A stretch of 64,000 nucleotides of DNA from Chitinophaga pinensis (GCA_943370595.1 CALRRO020000007.1:38389-102388); one strand, 5' to 3'. Counted from the stretch's first letter, positions 33,214-44,016 are shown. Notes: generated by a model from the letters alone, not told the origin. A program made the numbers and translations.

Positions 33214-33720
33214 TCATTCGATGTGGGCCGCTTCGTCGGCGGGCCGTTCGACGAAGTAGCTGCTGGAGGTCCAGCGCGCCCACATCGCCTCGGCCAGCGA
33301 CAGTGCGAAGCCGATGCAGCCCAGCGCCATGGCCGTCTGCGGGATCCACAGCGGCGTGGCGTCGGCCGAGGAGGAGACGTCGTGCATCTGATGCGACAGC
33401 CACACCAGCCGCAGCGCATAGACCGCCATGTAGACGGCCAGCGCGAGGCCGGCGGCCAGCGACCACCACTCGAGCACCGCGCGGCCACGCGGCCCCAGCT
33501 TCTCGAGCAGCAGCGTCACGCGGATGTGCTCCTGGCGGCGCAGCGTCTGCGGCAGCGCGAGGAACAGCGCGGCGGCGATCGCGTAGCCGGCGTAGGCATC
33601 CAGGCCGGGAATGTCCCAGCCGGCCAGCCGCGCGACCACGCCCAGGCCGACGCAGACGAAGGCGGCGACCATCGCGAAGGCGGCGAGCACGGCCAGCAGG
33701 CGGTCGAGGGCAGCGCTCAC
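33214..33720 (-). CDS. dctQ: TRAP small permease
   Basis: 4 TM; EHIRV; P.WIPQ. Confidence 0.9.
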   Translation of the reverse strand: MSAALDRLLAVLAAFAMVAAFVCVGLGVVARLAGWDIPGLDAYAGYAIAAALFLALPQTLRRQEHIRVTLLLEKLGPRGRAVLEWWSLAAGLALAVYMAVYALRLVWLSHQMHDVSSSADATPLWIPQTAMALGCIGFALSLAEAMWARWTSSSYFVERPADEAAHIE

Positions 33721-33728
33721 GGGCCGGC

Positions 33729-34691
33729 TCACTTCGAGTAGGTGTCGATGATCGCCTGGCCGTCCGGGCCGGCCTGCTTGAGCCACTCGGCGGTCATCGT
33801 GGCGCCGATCTTGCGCAGCTCGCGCGCCAGCGGCTCGCTCGGCGCGGCCACCTTCATGCCCTTCGCGGCGAGTTCCTTCAGATACTCGTCGTTCTTGCGT
33901 TCGCTGGTGGCCCAGCCGCGGGCCTCGGCGGCAGTGGCAGCCTTGAGCACGGCATCCTGCGTCGACTTGTCCAGCGCGTCGAAGGCCTTGCGGTTGACCA
34001 CCACGGCGTTCTTCGGTAGCCAGGCGTTGACACCGTAGAAGTACTTGACGCTCTCGTGCAGCTTCATCTCCACGCCGCTGGCGCTGGAGGTCAGGAAGTT
34101 CTCCACCGTGCCGGTGGCCAGCGCCTGCGACAGTTCGGCCAGCTGGATGGTGGTGGGCTGCGCGCCGGCCAGCTGCGCGATGCGCGAGGTGGCCGGGTTG
34201 TAGGCGCGCATCTTGGTGCCCTTGAGGTCGGCGAGGCTCTCGACCGGCTTGCTGCTGTACAGGCTCTGGCCCGGCCAGGGCGACACGAACAGCAGCTTCA
34301 TGCCCTGCGACGCGAGCAGCTTGTCGATCGCCGGCCGCGAGGCTTCGGCCAGGCGCTTCGCGGCCGGGTAGCTGTCGGCCAGGAAGGGGATCGAGTCGAC
34401 GCCGAACAGCGGGTTCTCGTTGGCCGCGCCGGAGAGGATGAACTCGCCAGCCTGGGTCTGGCCGCTCTGCACCGCGCGCTTGATCTCGTTGGCCTTGTAC
34501 AGCGAGCCGTTCGGGTGCAGCACGATCTTCAGCTTGCCACCGCTGGCCTGCGCCACGTCGGTGGCGAACTGCTGCACGTTCTCGGTCTGGAAGCTGCTGG
34601 CGGCGTAGCCGGTGGGCAGGTCCCACTGGGTCTGGGCGTGGGCCGCGGCAGCGAGTGCGGCGCCGGCGAGCGCGAAGGCGAAGCGTTTCAT
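33729..34691 (-). CDS. dctP: TRAP substrate-binding protein, pyroglutamate-binding-like subfamily
   Basis: QTQWDLPTGY, EIKRAVQ, WPGQ, AWLPKN. Confidence 0.92.
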   Translation of the reverse strand: MKRFAFALAGAALAAAAHAQTQWDLPTGYAASSFQTENVQQFATDVAQASGGKLKIVLHPNGSLYKANEIKRAVQSGQTQAGEFILSGAANENPLFGVDSIPFLADSYPAAKRLAEASRPAIDKLLASQGMKLLFVSPWPGQSLYSSKPVESLADLKGTKMRAYNPATSRIAQLAGAQPTTIQLAELSQALATGTVENFLTSSASGVEMKLHESVKYFYGVNAWLPKNAVVVNRKAFDALDKSTQDAVLKAATAAEARGWATSERKNDEYLKELAAKGMKVAAPSEPLARELRKIGATMTAEWLKQAGPDGQAIIDTYSK

Positions 34692-34735
34692 CGAGGACTC
34701 TCCCGAAGTGGAATGGGACTGACGTGGGGCGGGTT

Positions 34736-35545
34736 TCAGAAACTGGCCAGCTGGTGGTTCAGCAGGTCGGTGATCAGCATCGCGCCGGGCGCGTGGGTGA
34801 TGCAGAAGTCGGGCTTGGCCTGGGCGATGGCCGCCTGCGGCGTCACGCCGCAGGCCCAGAACACCGGCAACTCGCCGGGCAGCACCTCGACGGCGTCGCC
34901 ATAGTCGGGCCGCATCAGGTCACGGATGCCGATCTGCGCCGCGTCGCCCAGGTGCACCGGTGCGCCGTGCACGTCGGGGAAGCGCGAGGTGATCTGCACC
35001 GCGCGGATCGCCGCGGCCGGCGCCAGCGGGCGCATCGTGACGACCAGCGGCCCGGCGAAGGGGCCGGCCGGCTCGGTGGCGATGGAGGTGCGGAACATCG
35101 CGACGTTGCGCCCCTGGTCGACGTGGCGCAGCCGGATGCCCTCATCGCGCAGCGCCTGCTCGAACGAGAACGAGCAGCCGAGCACGAAGGTGACCAGGTC
35201 GTCGCGCCAGAGTTCGCCGATGTCGGTCGGCTGGTCGACCAGCTCGCCGTCGCGCCAGACACGGTAGCGCGGCACGTCGTGGCGGATGTCGATGTCGGCG
35301 CCGAGCTTCTGCAGCGCGTGCGCGCCGGGCTCGGTCACCGCCAGCAGCGGGCAGGGCTTGGGATTGCGCTGGCAGTACAGCAGGAAGTCGTCGGCCCAGC
35401 GCTTGGGCAGGATCACCACGTTGCCCTGCACGTGACGCTCGGCGATGCCGCTGGTGTGCTGGGTCCAGCGGCCGGCGCGGATCAGTGCGCGGGCCTGGGC
35501 CGGCGTGGCGTCGTGGATGTCGCGGTGATCGGATGGCGGGTGCAT
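34736..35545 (-). CDS. DUF1445 putative hydro-lyase (D-glutamate cyclase-like domain / YcsI)
   Basis: [50 protein letters not shown]. Confidence 0.9.
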   Translation of the reverse strand: MHPPSDHRDIHDATPAQARALIRAGRWTQHTSGIAERHVQGNVVILPKRWADDFLLYCQRNPKPCPLLAVTEPGAHALQKLGADIDIRHDVPRYRVWRDGELVDQPTDIGELWRDDLVTFVLGCSFSFEQALRDEGIRLRHVDQGRNVAMFRTSIATEPAGPFAGPLVVTMRPLAPAAAIRAVQITSRFPDVHGAPVHLGDAAQIGIRDLMRPDYGDAVEVLPGELPVFWACGVTPQAAIAQAKPDFCITHAPGAMLITDLLNHQLASF

Positions 35546-35594
35546 GCGGCGCATTCTGTTGCCGCGCCTGACCCCGGACAAACGAGATTTTTTT

Positions 35595-37370
35595 CTAAGT
35601 CGTGATCGGTTTTATCGATGGACCTGCGCTCACGCGGACGCAGGCGCGGCCGGCACCCTTGGCCTCGTACAGCGCGGCGTCGGCGCGTTCGAGCAGCAGG
35701 TCCAGCGCCTCGGCACCGGCCGCCGCCGAGGCCACGCCGGCCGAGAAGCTGCACGAGAAGACGTTGCCGTGCACGTCGTCGAAGCGCAGCGCCGCGAAGC
35801 GCGGCAGCAGCTGCGTCACCCGTGCCGCGGCCTGCGCCGCGTCTGCGCCGGGCAGCAGCAGCACGAACTCCTCGCCGCCGTAGCGGCAGACCACGTCTTC
35901 GGCGCGGGTCTCGCGCCGTGTCAGCTCGGCGAACGCGCGAAGCACGCGGTCGCCGGCGTCGTGGCCGTGGCGGTCGTTGACGTGCTTGAAGTGGTCGAGA
36001 TCGATGATCGTCACCGCCAGCGGCTCGCCGCGCCGGCGCATCAGCGACAGCAGTGACGCGCCGGCCTCGAACAGGTGACGGCGGTTGTGAAGGCCGGTCA
36101 GCGGGTCTTCCAGGGCCTGTGCACGCAGCTGCCCCTGTAGCCGCTCGTTCTCGGCCACCTGGGCCTGCAGCGAGGTGTTCAGCGCCTCAAGACGCGCGGC
36201 CATCTGCTGGGCGGTGTCGCGCTCCCACTCGGCCTGCCGCAGCCGGTGCTGGACCTGCAGGCTGATCTGTCGGGAGCGCGCAGCGCGGCCGAGCAGCTGG
36301 TCGTGCTTGGCAAAGGCTTCGCCGAGCAGGCGGTAGGCCAGCGCATGGTCGTCGACCTCGGCGGCCGCCTGGGCCGCGATGCGCAGCAGGTTGACGCGGT
36401 CGATCGCGATGCCGCCCTCCTCGCCCGGCCGCTCGAGCAGCTGCTGGCGCGCCAGGCACAGCTGCAGCGCCTGGCCGGCCCGGCCGCGGGCGAGCAGGAT
36501 GCGGGCGCCCAGCCAGACACGCACCGTGCCGAGCTCGTTGCTCAGCGGGTCGACATGCGCTTCGCCGCCAAGCGCAGCCTCGGCCTCGTCGACCAGCCCG
36601 TTGTCGAGCAGCACCTGGGCGATCTCCTCGTCGCGGTGCAGCGCCGGCGGGTCGTCGTCACGGATGTGGCCGATCAGGTGCTCGCGGGCGACAGCCAGCG
36701 CCTGGGGCGCACGGCCCATCAGGCACAGGCACTGCGCCAGGTTGCCGGCGGCGTAGATGGTCTGCCGGCGCGAGCCGAGCCGCTGCGCGCCAGCAAGGCA
36801 CTCCTCGAGCATCGGCAGCGCGTCCTCGAGGTTGTGCAGGTCGGACTGGGTGGATCCCAGGTTGTTCAGCGCATTGACCAGCAGGCTGTCTTCGCCGCTG
36901 CGCCGCGCCAGCGCCAGCGCCTGGTAGAACAGGTCGAGCGCGCCATCGTCGTCGCCGCGCATCGAGACCACGATGCCGAGCGCGGCCGCCGTCAGGCAGG
37001 CGTCGACCGGCGGGCGCCGAGCGGCCTGCTCGTGCAGCGGGCGCATCAGTGATTTGGCCTCGGCGAGCCGGCCTTCGCGCCGATGCCACAGCGCATGCGC
37101 GTGGTCGATCAAGGCCGCCACGCGAGCGTCGCCGTCGGACACGCCGAGCAGTCCGCGGGCGGCCTGCAGGCAGATCACGCCATCGTCCACCGTGCCTTCG
37201 CGAAACGCGACCATGGCCAGCAGCAACTGCGCGAAGGCCTGCTGCACGGCATCGGCATCGGGCCGGTGCAGCACGGCGTCGGCCAGTTGCCGAGCCGCGT
37301 CGCCGTCGGAGACGATGAGGGCCAGCGCGCGTTCGTTGTCTGCGTCGGCCGACTGGGGTTCGCTGCTCAT
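35595..37370 (-). CDS. TPR-like diguanylate cyclase
   Basis: Helical repeats; DPLTGL.NRR, DLD.FK, RAED I-site, GGEEF. Confidence 0.9.
   Translation of the reverse strand: MSSEPQSADADNERALALIVSDGDAARQLADAVLHRPDADAVQQAFAQLLLAMVAFREGTVDDGVICLQAARGLLGVSDGDARVAALIDHAHALWHRREGRLAEAKSLMRPLHEQAARRPPVDACLTAAALGIVVSMRGDDDGALDLFYQALALARRSGEDSLLVNALNNLGSTQSDLHNLEDALPMLEECLAGAQRLGSRRQTIYAAGNLAQCLCLMGRAPQALAVAREHLIGHIRDDDPPALHRDEEIAQVLLDNGLVDEAEAALGGEAHVDPLSNELGTVRVWLGARILLARGRAGQALQLCLARQQLLERPGEEGGIAIDRVNLLRIAAQAAAEVDDHALAYRLLGEAFAKHDQLLGRAARSRQISLQVQHRLRQAEWERDTAQQMAARLEALNTSLQAQVAENERLQGQLRAQALEDPLTGLHNRRHLFEAGASLLSLMRRRGEPLAVTIIDLDHFKHVNDRHGHDAGDRVLRAFAELTRRETRAEDVVCRYGGEEFVLLLPGADAAQAAARVTQLLPRFAALRFDDVHGNVFSCSFSAGVASAAAGAEALDLLLERADAALYEAKGAGRACVRVSAGPSIKPITT
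35605..35619. promoter_or_regulatory. Candidate LysR-type operator
   Basis: ATCG-N7-CGAT (T-N11-A) beside an AT-rich tract upstream of the DUF1445 operon. Confidence 0.5.
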
Positions 37371-38332
37371 GGTTCTTTTCGGATGCGCCGCTTCGAGGCC
37401 GCCCCGGCGTCGCCCGCGGCACGGCCCGATCGCACTGTAGCCCGGCCGCTGGCGGTGCCTACCCCGGCAAACGCCATGACCGCCTCGATCAATTCGGCCG
37501 GGACGCCGCTGCTCGGGTCGTGCCGGTAGCTCAGGTGCACCGGCAGCGGGGTCAGCGTTGCTTCGCAGGCCAGCGGCTTGAGTGGCAGCCGCTCGGCCAG
37601 GCGCGCAACGGCCGCCTGCGGCAGCGTGGCCACGCCGAAGCCGCCCTCGACCAGCTGCACCATCGCCGAGATCGAGGAGATGGTGTGCACGCGCGGCGGC
37701 TCCAGCCCGGCGCGGCGGAACAGGTCGAGCAGCGCCACGTGCGGCTGCGAGCCGCGCTGGAAGGTCAGCAGCTCGAGGCTGGCCAGATCGGCCAGCGCAT
37801 AGCGGCGCTTGCGGTGCAGATCGCGGTGGCCGACGAAGACCATCTCCATCGGCGGCAGCGCCCGGCTGCGCAGGCCGTCCGCGGCCGCCGGCATCGCCGC
37901 GAAGGCCAGGTCCAGCGTCCCGCGCCGCACCTGCTCGACCAGCACCGGCGTGGTTTCCACCGTCAGCTCGAGTTCGAAGCCGGGCTGCGTCTGGCGCATG
38001 TGCTGCACCCATTCGATCAGCCAGGAATGCAGCACCGATTCGATCGCCCCGAGGCGCAGCGACAGCGCCCGCGCAGTGGCCGAGCCCATCTCCGACTTGA
38101 TCTCGCGCTGCATCGCCAGCAGCCGCTCGGCATAGACGAGGAAGCGGGATCCGGCCACCGTCAGGCGGATCTGCCGGTCGCGGCGGTCGAGCAGGAGAGC
38201 GCCGAGCTCCTCTTCCAGCGCGGCGATGCGGCTGGACATCGCCGACTGGGTGATGAACAGCTTCTCCGCGGCCCGTGACATGCTCTTGAGCGAGGCGACC
38301 CAGTAGAAGGCTTCGACGAAGCGCAGGTTCAC
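37367..38332 (-). CDS. LysR family regulator
   Basis: N-terminal HTH AAEKL.ITQSAMS.RI..LEE.LG. Confidence 0.93.
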   Translation of the reverse strand: MNLRFVEAFYWVASLKSMSRAAEKLFITQSAMSSRIAALEEELGALLLDRRDRQIRLTVAGSRFLVYAERLLAMQREIKSEMGSATARALSLRLGAIESVLHSWLIEWVQHMRQTQPGFELELTVETTPVLVEQVRRGTLDLAFAAMPAAADGLRSRALPPMEMVFVGHRDLHRKRRYALADLASLELLTFQRGSQPHVALLDLFRRAGLEPPRVHTISSISAMVQLVEGGFGVATLPQAAVARLAERLPLKPLACEATLTPLPVHLSYRHDPSSGVPAELIEAVMAFAGVGTASGRATVRSGRAAGDAGAASKRRIRKEP

Positions 38333-38359
38333 GCGGTTCTCTCCCTTGGTGCACGGCCC

Positions 38360-38375
38360 CGGCACGGGCATTGCA
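38360..38375 (+). promoter_or_regulatory. Sigma54 -24/-12 promoter of the second TRAP operon
   Basis: CGGCACGGGCATTGCA (GG-N10-GC), about 85 bp upstream of dctP. Confidence 0.7.
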
Positions 38376-38461
38376 GGCGTCGGGATGTTGCCGGGAAGTT
38401 CCGCAGGCGGGCAGGCGCCCGCCGCGCTTATTCTCCAGCCTTCTTCTGATCGGGAGCCCCC

Positions 38462-39427
38462 ATGTCCTTGCGTTCCTTCCTCGCTGCCGCCGCGCTGCTG
38501 GCCGCCGGCTCCGCCCTGGCCCAGACCAAGTGGGACCTGCCGGCCGCCTACCCGGCCACCAACTTCCACTCCGAGAACCTGGCGCAGTTCGCTGCCGAGA
38601 TCGACAAGGCCAGCGGCGGCAAGCTGAAGATCACGGTGCATCCCAATGCCTCGCTGTTCAAGGCGCCCGAGATCAAGCGCGCGGTGCAGGGCGGCCAGGC
38701 ACAGATCGGCGAAATCCTGCTGACCGCCTACCAGAACGAGTGGCCGATCTTCGGCGCCGACGGCCTGCCCTTCCTGGCCGACAGCTACGACGAGTCGATG
38801 AAGCTCTACAAGGCACAGAAGCCGCTGCTCGAGAAGAAGCTGGGCGAGCAGGGCATGATGCTGCTGTACTCGGTGGCGTGGCCGCCGCAGGGCATCTACA
38901 CCAAGAAGCCGCTGGCCAGCGCCGCCGACCTGAAGGGCATCAAGTGGCGCGCCTACAGCCCGGCCACGGCGCGCATCGCCGAACTCGTCAGCGCGCAGCC
39001 GGTGACGGTGCAGGCCGCGGAGTTCGCGCAGGCCCTGGCCACCGGAGTCGTGGAAAGCACGATGACGTCGGGCGCCACCGGGGTCGACAGCAAGCTCTAC
39101 GAGCACCTGAAGTACTACTACGACACCCAGGCCTGGCTGCCCAAGAACGCGGTGATCGTCAACAAGGCCGCCTTCGACGCGCTCGACAAGCCCACGCAGG
39201 CCGCCGTGCTGAAGGCCGCAGCCGATGCCGAGGCGCGCGGCTGGACCGCCAGCCAGAAGGTCAACACCGACACGCTGGAGAAGCTCAAGGCCAACGGCAT
39301 GCAGGTGCAGCCGCCCGCGGCGCAGCTCAAGACCGACATGCAGAAGGTCGGCGAGACGATGCTGAAGGAGTGGCTCGACAAGGCCGGCGCGGAAGGCAAG
39401 ACCCTGGTCGACGCGTACCGGAAGTAA
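38462..39427 (+). CDS. dctP: TRAP substrate-binding protein, pyroglutamate-binding-like subfamily
   Basis: QTKWDLPAAYPATNFH, EIKRAVQG, WPPQG, AWLPKN; recalls Bordetella pertussis DctP6/DctP7. Confidence 0.92.
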   Translation: MSLRSFLAAAALLAAGSALAQTKWDLPAAYPATNFHSENLAQFAAEIDKASGGKLKITVHPNASLFKAPEIKRAVQGGQAQIGEILLTAYQNEWPIFGADGLPFLADSYDESMKLYKAQKPLLEKKLGEQGMMLLYSVAWPPQGIYTKKPLASAADLKGIKWRAYSPATARIAELVSAQPVTVQAAEFAQALATGVVESTMTSGATGVDSKLYEHLKYYYDTQAWLPKNAVIVNKAAFDALDKPTQAAVLKAAADAEARGWTASQKVNTDTLEKLKANGMQVQPPAAQLKTDMQKVGETMLKEWLDKAGAEGKTLVDAYRK

Positions 39428-39431
39428 GGCC

Positions 39432-39941
39432 GTGCGGCGCGCGCTCGACCGGCTCTACGACGGCTGTGCCGTCCTCGCGGCCTGCTTCATGGTGGGCCTG
39501 CTGGTGGCGGTGCTGCTGTCCGTCCTCGGGCGCCAGCTGCACTTCAACATTCCGGGCATCGATGCCTACGCCGGCTACCTGATGGCCGGCACGGGCTTCC
39601 TCGCGCTCGCGCACACGCTCAAGCGCGGCGAGCACATCCGCGTCACGCTGCTGGTCGGCCGGCTCACGGGCGGCGCCCAGCGCGCGATGGAGCTGTGGGC
39701 GCTGTTCGCCGCCGCGCTGCTGGCGGGACTGACCGCCTTCTACAGCGTGCGGCTGTCGTGGCAGTCCTGGCAGTTCCACGACATCTCCACCGGCAACGAC
39801 GCCACGCCGCTGTGGATTCCGCAGCTGGCGATGGCGCTGGGCACCGTCGTGCTGGCGATCGCCTTCGCCGACGAACTGGTGCTCGAGGCACGCGGCCAGC
39901 GCCTGGCCGCGATGCCCGAGGAGGCCACGCGAAATGAGTGA
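39432..39941 (+). CDS. dctQ: TRAP small permease
   Basis: GEHIRVTL; TPLWIPQ. Confidence 0.9.
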   Translation: MRRALDRLYDGCAVLAACFMVGLLVAVLLSVLGRQLHFNIPGIDAYAGYLMAGTGFLALAHTLKRGEHIRVTLLVGRLTGGAQRAMELWALFAAALLAGLTAFYSVRLSWQSWQFHDISTGNDATPLWIPQLAMALGTVVLAIAFADELVLEARGQRLAAMPEEATRNE

Positions 39942-41248
39942 ACGGCATGAGTGACCTCGGCATCACGCTGCTGCTGATCGGCGCGCTGTTCCTCATCCTC
40001 GGCAGCGGCGTGTGGATCGGGCTGACGCTCTCGGGCGTCGCCTGGATCGGCATGCAGCTGTTCAGCTCTCGCCCCGCCGGCGACGCGATGGCGGTGACGA
40101 TCTGGGGCTCGGCCTCGAGCTGGACGCTGACCGCCCTGCCGCTGTTCGTGTGGATGGGCGAGATCCTGTTCCGCACGCGGCTGTCGCAGGACATGTTCCG
40201 CGGCCTGGCGCCCTGGATGCAGGCCCTGCCCGGCCGGCTGCTGCACGTCAACGTGGCGGGTTGCACGATCTTCGCGGCGGTGTCGGGCTCGAGCGCTGCC
40301 ACCTGCGCCACCATCGGCAAGATGAGCCTGCCCGAGCTGCAGCGCCGCGGCTACCCCGAGATGATGTCGCTCGGCTCGCTGGCCGGCGCGGGCACGCTGG
40401 GCCTGCTGATCCCGCCGTCGATCATCATGATCGTCTACGGCGTGGCGGCCGACGTCTCGATCGCGCAGCTGTTCATCGCCGGCGTGATCCCGGGGCTGCT
40501 GCTGGCCCTGATCTTCTCGGCCTGGATCGCGATCTGGGCACTGCTGAACCCGTCGCTCATTCCGCCGGCCGACGCGCGCATGAGCTTCATCGAGAAGCTG
40601 CGCGAATCGCGCCACCTGATCCCGGTGGTGCTGCTGATCGCGGCGGTGCTCGGCTCCATCTACGGCGGCATCGCCACCGCCACCGAAGCCGCGGCGCTGG
40701 GCGTGGTGGGCTCGCTCGTGCTCTCGGCGGCCCAGGGCTCGCTGAGCTGGGCGACCTTCCGCGATTCGCTGCTGGGCGGCACGCGCCTGTACTGCATGAT
40801 CGCGCTGATCCTCGCCGGCGCGGCCTTCCTGACGCTGGCGATGGGCTACATCGGCCTGCCGCGGCACCTGGCCGAGTGGATCGGCTCGCTGGGGCTGTTG
40901 AAGTGGCAGCTGGTGCTCGCGCTGACGCTGTTCTTCATCGTGCTCGGCTGCTTCCTCGACGGGATCTCGATGGTGGTGCTGACCATGGGCGTGATCATGC
41001 CGACCATCCTCAAGGCCGGCATCGACCCGCTGTGGTTCGGCATCTTCATCGTGATCGTCGTCGAGATGGCGCAGATCACGCCGCCGGTCGGCTTCAACCT
41101 GTTCGTGCTGCAGGGCATGACGAAGAAGGACATCGCCGTCATCGCCCGCGCTGCCTTCCCCTTCTTCCTGCTGATGGTGCTGATGGTGGTGGCGCTCTAC
41201 GCCTTCCCGCAGATCGTCACCTTCCTGCCCCAGCAGATGCGGAACTGA
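39938..41248 (+). CDS. dctM: TRAP large permease
   Basis: SGSSAAT, LIPPSI, TPPVGFNL. Confidence 0.93.
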   Translation: MNGMSDLGITLLLIGALFLILGSGVWIGLTLSGVAWIGMQLFSSRPAGDAMAVTIWGSASSWTLTALPLFVWMGEILFRTRLSQDMFRGLAPWMQALPGRLLHVNVAGCTIFAAVSGSSAATCATIGKMSLPELQRRGYPEMMSLGSLAGAGTLGLLIPPSIIMIVYGVAADVSIAQLFIAGVIPGLLLALIFSAWIAIWALLNPSLIPPADARMSFIEKLRESRHLIPVVLLIAAVLGSIYGGIATATEAAALGVVGSLVLSAAQGSLSWATFRDSLLGGTRLYCMIALILAGAAFLTLAMGYIGLPRHLAEWIGSLGLLKWQLVLALTLFFIVLGCFLDGISMVVLTMGVIMPTILKAGIDPLWFGIFIVIVVEMAQITPPVGFNLFVLQGMTKKDIAVIARAAFPFFLLMVLMVVALYAFPQIVTFLPQQMRN

Positions 41249-41348
41249 GGGGCGTTTCCGCCCCATCTCCGGCCTTCCTGCACGGCCCGGCATCGGCACC
41301 ATCGAGACTGCGACCGCCTGTCTGCGCGGCGCAGATCCGAGGACTGCG

Positions 41349-43907
41349 ATGACCGACCTGTCTGCCCCCCTGGAGTGGAAGCTGCCCGGCGCCGCCGGAG
41401 CTGCCGGCGCCGGCGCACCGGCGCGCGCCGAGCCCGACAAGGTCAGCCGCGAAGCCTTCGCCTGGCCCACGCCGCCCTTCGCCAGCTACCCGGCCGCCAC
41501 ACCGCAGACCGATCCGCTGCCCTGCGAGATCCTCGGCCTCAACGACAAGCGCACGACCGGCCGGCTGACCTTCTTCGTGCCGGAGGAATCAGTCGCCCAC
41601 GTGCAGATTCCGCCGGCACGCACGACGCTGCCGCTGCGCTTCGACCAGTTCCGCGCGCTGACGCTGGTCACGCCGCTGGAACCGATGGCGATGGAGAGCG
41701 CCGACCCGCATGCCGCCATCCTCGGCCACCGCGCGCGCAGCGACTACGTGCTGCGCTGGCGCAGCGGCGGCGAATCGCGCGGGCAGACCATGGGCCACGC
41801 GGAAACCGGGCATGGCCTGTTCCTGTTCCCGCCGCTGGACGAGCAGGGCCGCGTGCAGCGCATGTTCGTGCCGCGCGCCGCCTACGAGGGATTCGAGATC
41901 GGCCCGCGCATCGGCGAGGTGCTGCTGGCGCAGAACCGCGTGACGGCCAAGCAGGTCGAGGACGCGGTGGACACGCAGAAGACGCTGCGCAGCCAGAAGC
42001 TCGGCGACATCCTGCTGCTGCGCCAGGTCGTCTCGCCGGATCAGCTGTTCGAGGCCATCGACCGGCAGGCGAAGATGCCGATGGTGCGCGTCGGCGAGGC
42101 GCTGCTGTCGCTGGGCATGATCACCGACGCGCAGCTGCAGGAGGCGCTGCAGCAGCAGGCCCAGGACCGCAGCGTGCCGCTGGGCGAGCTGCTGGTGCGC
42201 ATGGGCGTGGTCTCGCGCGCCGACCTGCAGGTGGCGCTGTCGCGCAAGATGGGCTACCCGCTGGTCGACCTCGATGCCTTCCCGGTCGAGGCCGATGCAC
42301 TGCGCAAGCTGCCGTTCGAAGCCGCGTCGCGGCTGCGCATGATGCCGCTGCTGATCCGCGACGGGCGCCTGGTCGCCGCGCTCGACGACCCGGCTCGGCG
42401 CCGCGCTGCCGTCGAGGAGGCCGAGTTCATCGCGCAGACCAAGGTCGTGCCGGTGCTGGCCCAGTGCCGCGATCTGGACACGCTGATGCATGCCGCCTAC
42501 GACAAGATCGGCGGCCTGCTTCCCGGGCGCTTCCCCGACCAGGACCCGCTGCAGCCGATCGAGTTCCAGCTCACCGACACCGACAAGCTGATCGAGACGC
42601 TGGAGCGCGAGGGCCAGCGCCCGGCCGGCGAGGACGACCTGCAGCAGATCGAGCAGAGCGACAACTCGCTGGTGCGGCTGATCAACAACATGATCGCCGA
42701 GGCGCACAAGGACGGCGTCTCCGACATCCACATCGAAAGCTACCCGGGCCGCGAGAAGATCCGCATCCGCTTCCGCAAGGACGGCCTGCTGCGCACCTAC
42801 CTCGAGCTGCCGGCGAACTACCGCAACGCGATGATCGCGCGCATCAAGATCATGTGCGACCTCGACATCAGCGAGAAGCGCAAGCCGCAGGACGGCAAGA
42901 TCAACTTCGCGAAGTTCGTCGCCCAGCACCGCATCGAGCTGCGCGTGGCCACCATCCCGACCAACGGCGGCCTGGAAGACGTGGTGATGCGCATCCTGGC
43001 CTCGGCCAAGCCGATCCCGCTGCCGCGCATCGGGCTGTCGGAGCGCAACCTGGCCGAACTGCAGCGCGTGGTCGAGCGGCCGTACGGCATGGTGCTGTGC
43101 GTCGGCCCGACCGGCTCGGGCAAGACGACCACGCTGCATTCGGCGCTCTCGCACATCAACGTGCCCGAGCGCAAGATCTGGACCGCGGAAGACCCGGTGG
43201 AAATCACCCAGCCCGGGCTACGCCAGGTGCAGGTCAACCCGAAGATCGACTGGACCTTCGCGCGCGCGCTGCGCGCCTTCCTGCGCGCCGATCCGGACGT
43301 GATCATGGTCGGCGAGATCCGCGACAGCGAGACCGCGCAGACCGCGGTGGAAGCCTCGCTGACCGGCCACCTGGTGTTGTCGACGCTGCACACCAACAGC
43401 GCACCGGAGACGGTGACGCGGCTGCTCGACATGGGCATGGACCCGTTCAACTTCGCCGACTCGCTGCTGGCCGTGCTGGCGCAGCGCCTTGTGCGCCGGC
43501 TGTGCGGCGAGTGCCGCACCAGCCGGCCGGCCACCGACGAGGAGGTCGACGAACTGCTGTCCGACTACCTGCATGCCTTCGGCGACGCCGACGGCGCGCA
43601 GCCGTCGCGCGAGGCGACGTGGCAGTCCTGGGTCGACCGGCACGGCCGCGACGGCCGCCTGCACATGCACCACGCCCCCGGCTGCCCGAACTGCGACCAC
43701 ACCGGCTACCGTGGTCGCGCCGGCGTGCACGAGCTGATGGTCGTCTCGCGTGCGATGCGCCGGCTGATCCAGACCGGCGCGCGTGCCGAGGCGCTGCAGG
43801 AGACCGCGCTGCGCGAAGGCATGCGCACGCTGCGGCAGGACGGCATCGAGAAGGTCTGGGCCGGCGTGACGACGATCGACGAGGTGCGCGCGATCAGCAA
43901 CGTCTGA
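41349..43907 (+). CDS. PilB/GspE family ATPase with tandem MshEN-like motifs
   Basis: SDIHIE, GPTGSGKTTT, TAEDPVE, LRADPDVIMVGEIRD, STLHTN, CxxC + CxxC, GYRGR. Confidence 0.93.
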   Translation: MTDLSAPLEWKLPGAAGAAGAGAPARAEPDKVSREAFAWPTPPFASYPAATPQTDPLPCEILGLNDKRTTGRLTFFVPEESVAHVQIPPARTTLPLRFDQFRALTLVTPLEPMAMESADPHAAILGHRARSDYVLRWRSGGESRGQTMGHAETGHGLFLFPPLDEQGRVQRMFVPRAAYEGFEIGPRIGEVLLAQNRVTAKQVEDAVDTQKTLRSQKLGDILLLRQVVSPDQLFEAIDRQAKMPMVRVGEALLSLGMITDAQLQEALQQQAQDRSVPLGELLVRMGVVSRADLQVALSRKMGYPLVDLDAFPVEADALRKLPFEAASRLRMMPLLIRDGRLVAALDDPARRRAAVEEAEFIAQTKVVPVLAQCRDLDTLMHAAYDKIGGLLPGRFPDQDPLQPIEFQLTDTDKLIETLEREGQRPAGEDDLQQIEQSDNSLVRLINNMIAEAHKDGVSDIHIESYPGREKIRIRFRKDGLLRTYLELPANYRNAMIARIKIMCDLDISEKRKPQDGKINFAKFVAQHRIELRVATIPTNGGLEDVVMRILASAKPIPLPRIGLSERNLAELQRVVERPYGMVLCVGPTGSGKTTTLHSALSHINVPERKIWTAEDPVEITQPGLRQVQVNPKIDWTFARALRAFLRADPDVIMVGEIRDSETAQTAVEASLTGHLVLSTLHTNSAPETVTRLLDMGMDPFNFADSLLAVLAQRLVRRLCGECRTSRPATDEEVDELLSDYLHAFGDADGAQPSREATWQSWVDRHGRDGRLHMHHAPGCPNCDHTGYRGRAGVHELMVVSRAMRRLIQTGARAEALQETALREGMRTLRQDGIEKVWAGVTTIDEVRAISNV

Positions 43908-44016
43908 GGCGAGACCGGCCCCGGGCAGTGCCGGCGGGCCTAGGGAAAGCAGGTGCCATCGCGCGGGACGCGCCTTCTAGACTCCGTGGCGCCCGCCGTG
44001 GGCCTTCGAGGACGCC

